From assembly GCA_026025075.1 (NCBI GenBank), contig JAPEUI010000061.1, forward strand, positions 1 through 64,000: a stretch of DNA of 64,000 nt, in the 5' to 3' direction. This DNA is from Vezdaea acicularis. Its lineage: Eukaryota. A program made the translations under genes and the position numbers. Positions 63,601 through 64,000 of the stretch are shown in pieces (position 1 is the first letter of the stretch; each line of letters begins with the position of its first letter). Below the pieces are notes generated by a model, which was given only the letters and a program-made list of their open reading frames with translations, was not told where the DNA came from and ran no database searches.

Positions 63601-64000
63601 GCGTAGTTCTGGCATTCGACTTCGAAGCTGCCGTACGCTTGAAGAGCTGGGACTCGCTAGAGCTCATCATTGAGGTACGGCTCCCCTTCTTTTGGAAGAT
63701 ACTCAAGTTAATCAGCCATTTAGGAATGCGCTGCAGCGAACGAACCACGTATTTACGAGACCTTAGCAGACATCATGCTTAGCTCCGGAGGACCATCAGC
63801 GACAGTCGTAATGACACTTCAAAATATTATCAATATGACCGCCCAGCACTACCCCCTGTCAATCGACAAGATTTCTCGCTGGATCCGCTGCTTGTTCCAG
63901 CTTGCTGTCGTGCAAGATACTCACATAGCTGAGCAGCTCCTCGATCAGGCTGCTCGAGTGGCTCATGATACCCGCTTAGTTTGTGAACCCTTTTTCATTC
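60650..64000 (+). CDS. SPO22: Meiosis-specific TPR protein Spo22/Zip4; ~15 introns, runs off the right edge
   Basis: LDAEGTRIWN, LARTFAFLLLD, ERTALSWR...AEHMY, IADLLYEIG, WLERS, ATHASQILLWK, AEAWCKLALH, LLYACVLEAQ, ELDWFSRTSYNLAL, FDFEAAVRLKSW, ISRWIRCLFQL. Confidence 0.85.

Overview
Gene-dense, intron-containing DNA from a filamentous ascomycete (Pezizomycotina-type genes with short GT-AG introns and CTRAC branch points). About 25 protein-coding genes are present. Recognisable ones are an SPX phosphate transporter (Pho87/91 family), FBP26, TSC13, an HSL-like lipase, ARG8, SDH8/SDHAF4, TRP5, RXT3, SAP18, PRP18, cytosolic LeuRS, a bromodomain protein, a DUF2470 protein, RGP1, a CENP-Q/Fta7-like protein, AcuM/Rds2 and SPO22/ZIP4. 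The most notable non-routine features are: (1) a complete 1.27-kb Tc1/IS630-type DNA transposon with perfect 32-bp TIRs, flanked by a 5-bp CCGCC direct repeat instead of the canonical TA duplication, with D-38-E spacing and RIP-like inactivating mutations; (2) a dispersed family of four secreted cysteine-rich proteins between the housekeeping genes, sharing an N-terminal Cys domain, two with a C-terminal CxCNx[ST]YxSxxCC...GxVW peptide after dibasic sites and one that needs a 3-nt microexon; (3) a small orphan protein with two PPxY motifs and a CaaX box; (4) an ~18-copy 16-bp minisatellite; (5) many weak splice donors in SPO22. All calls come from reading the sequence; no database searches were run.
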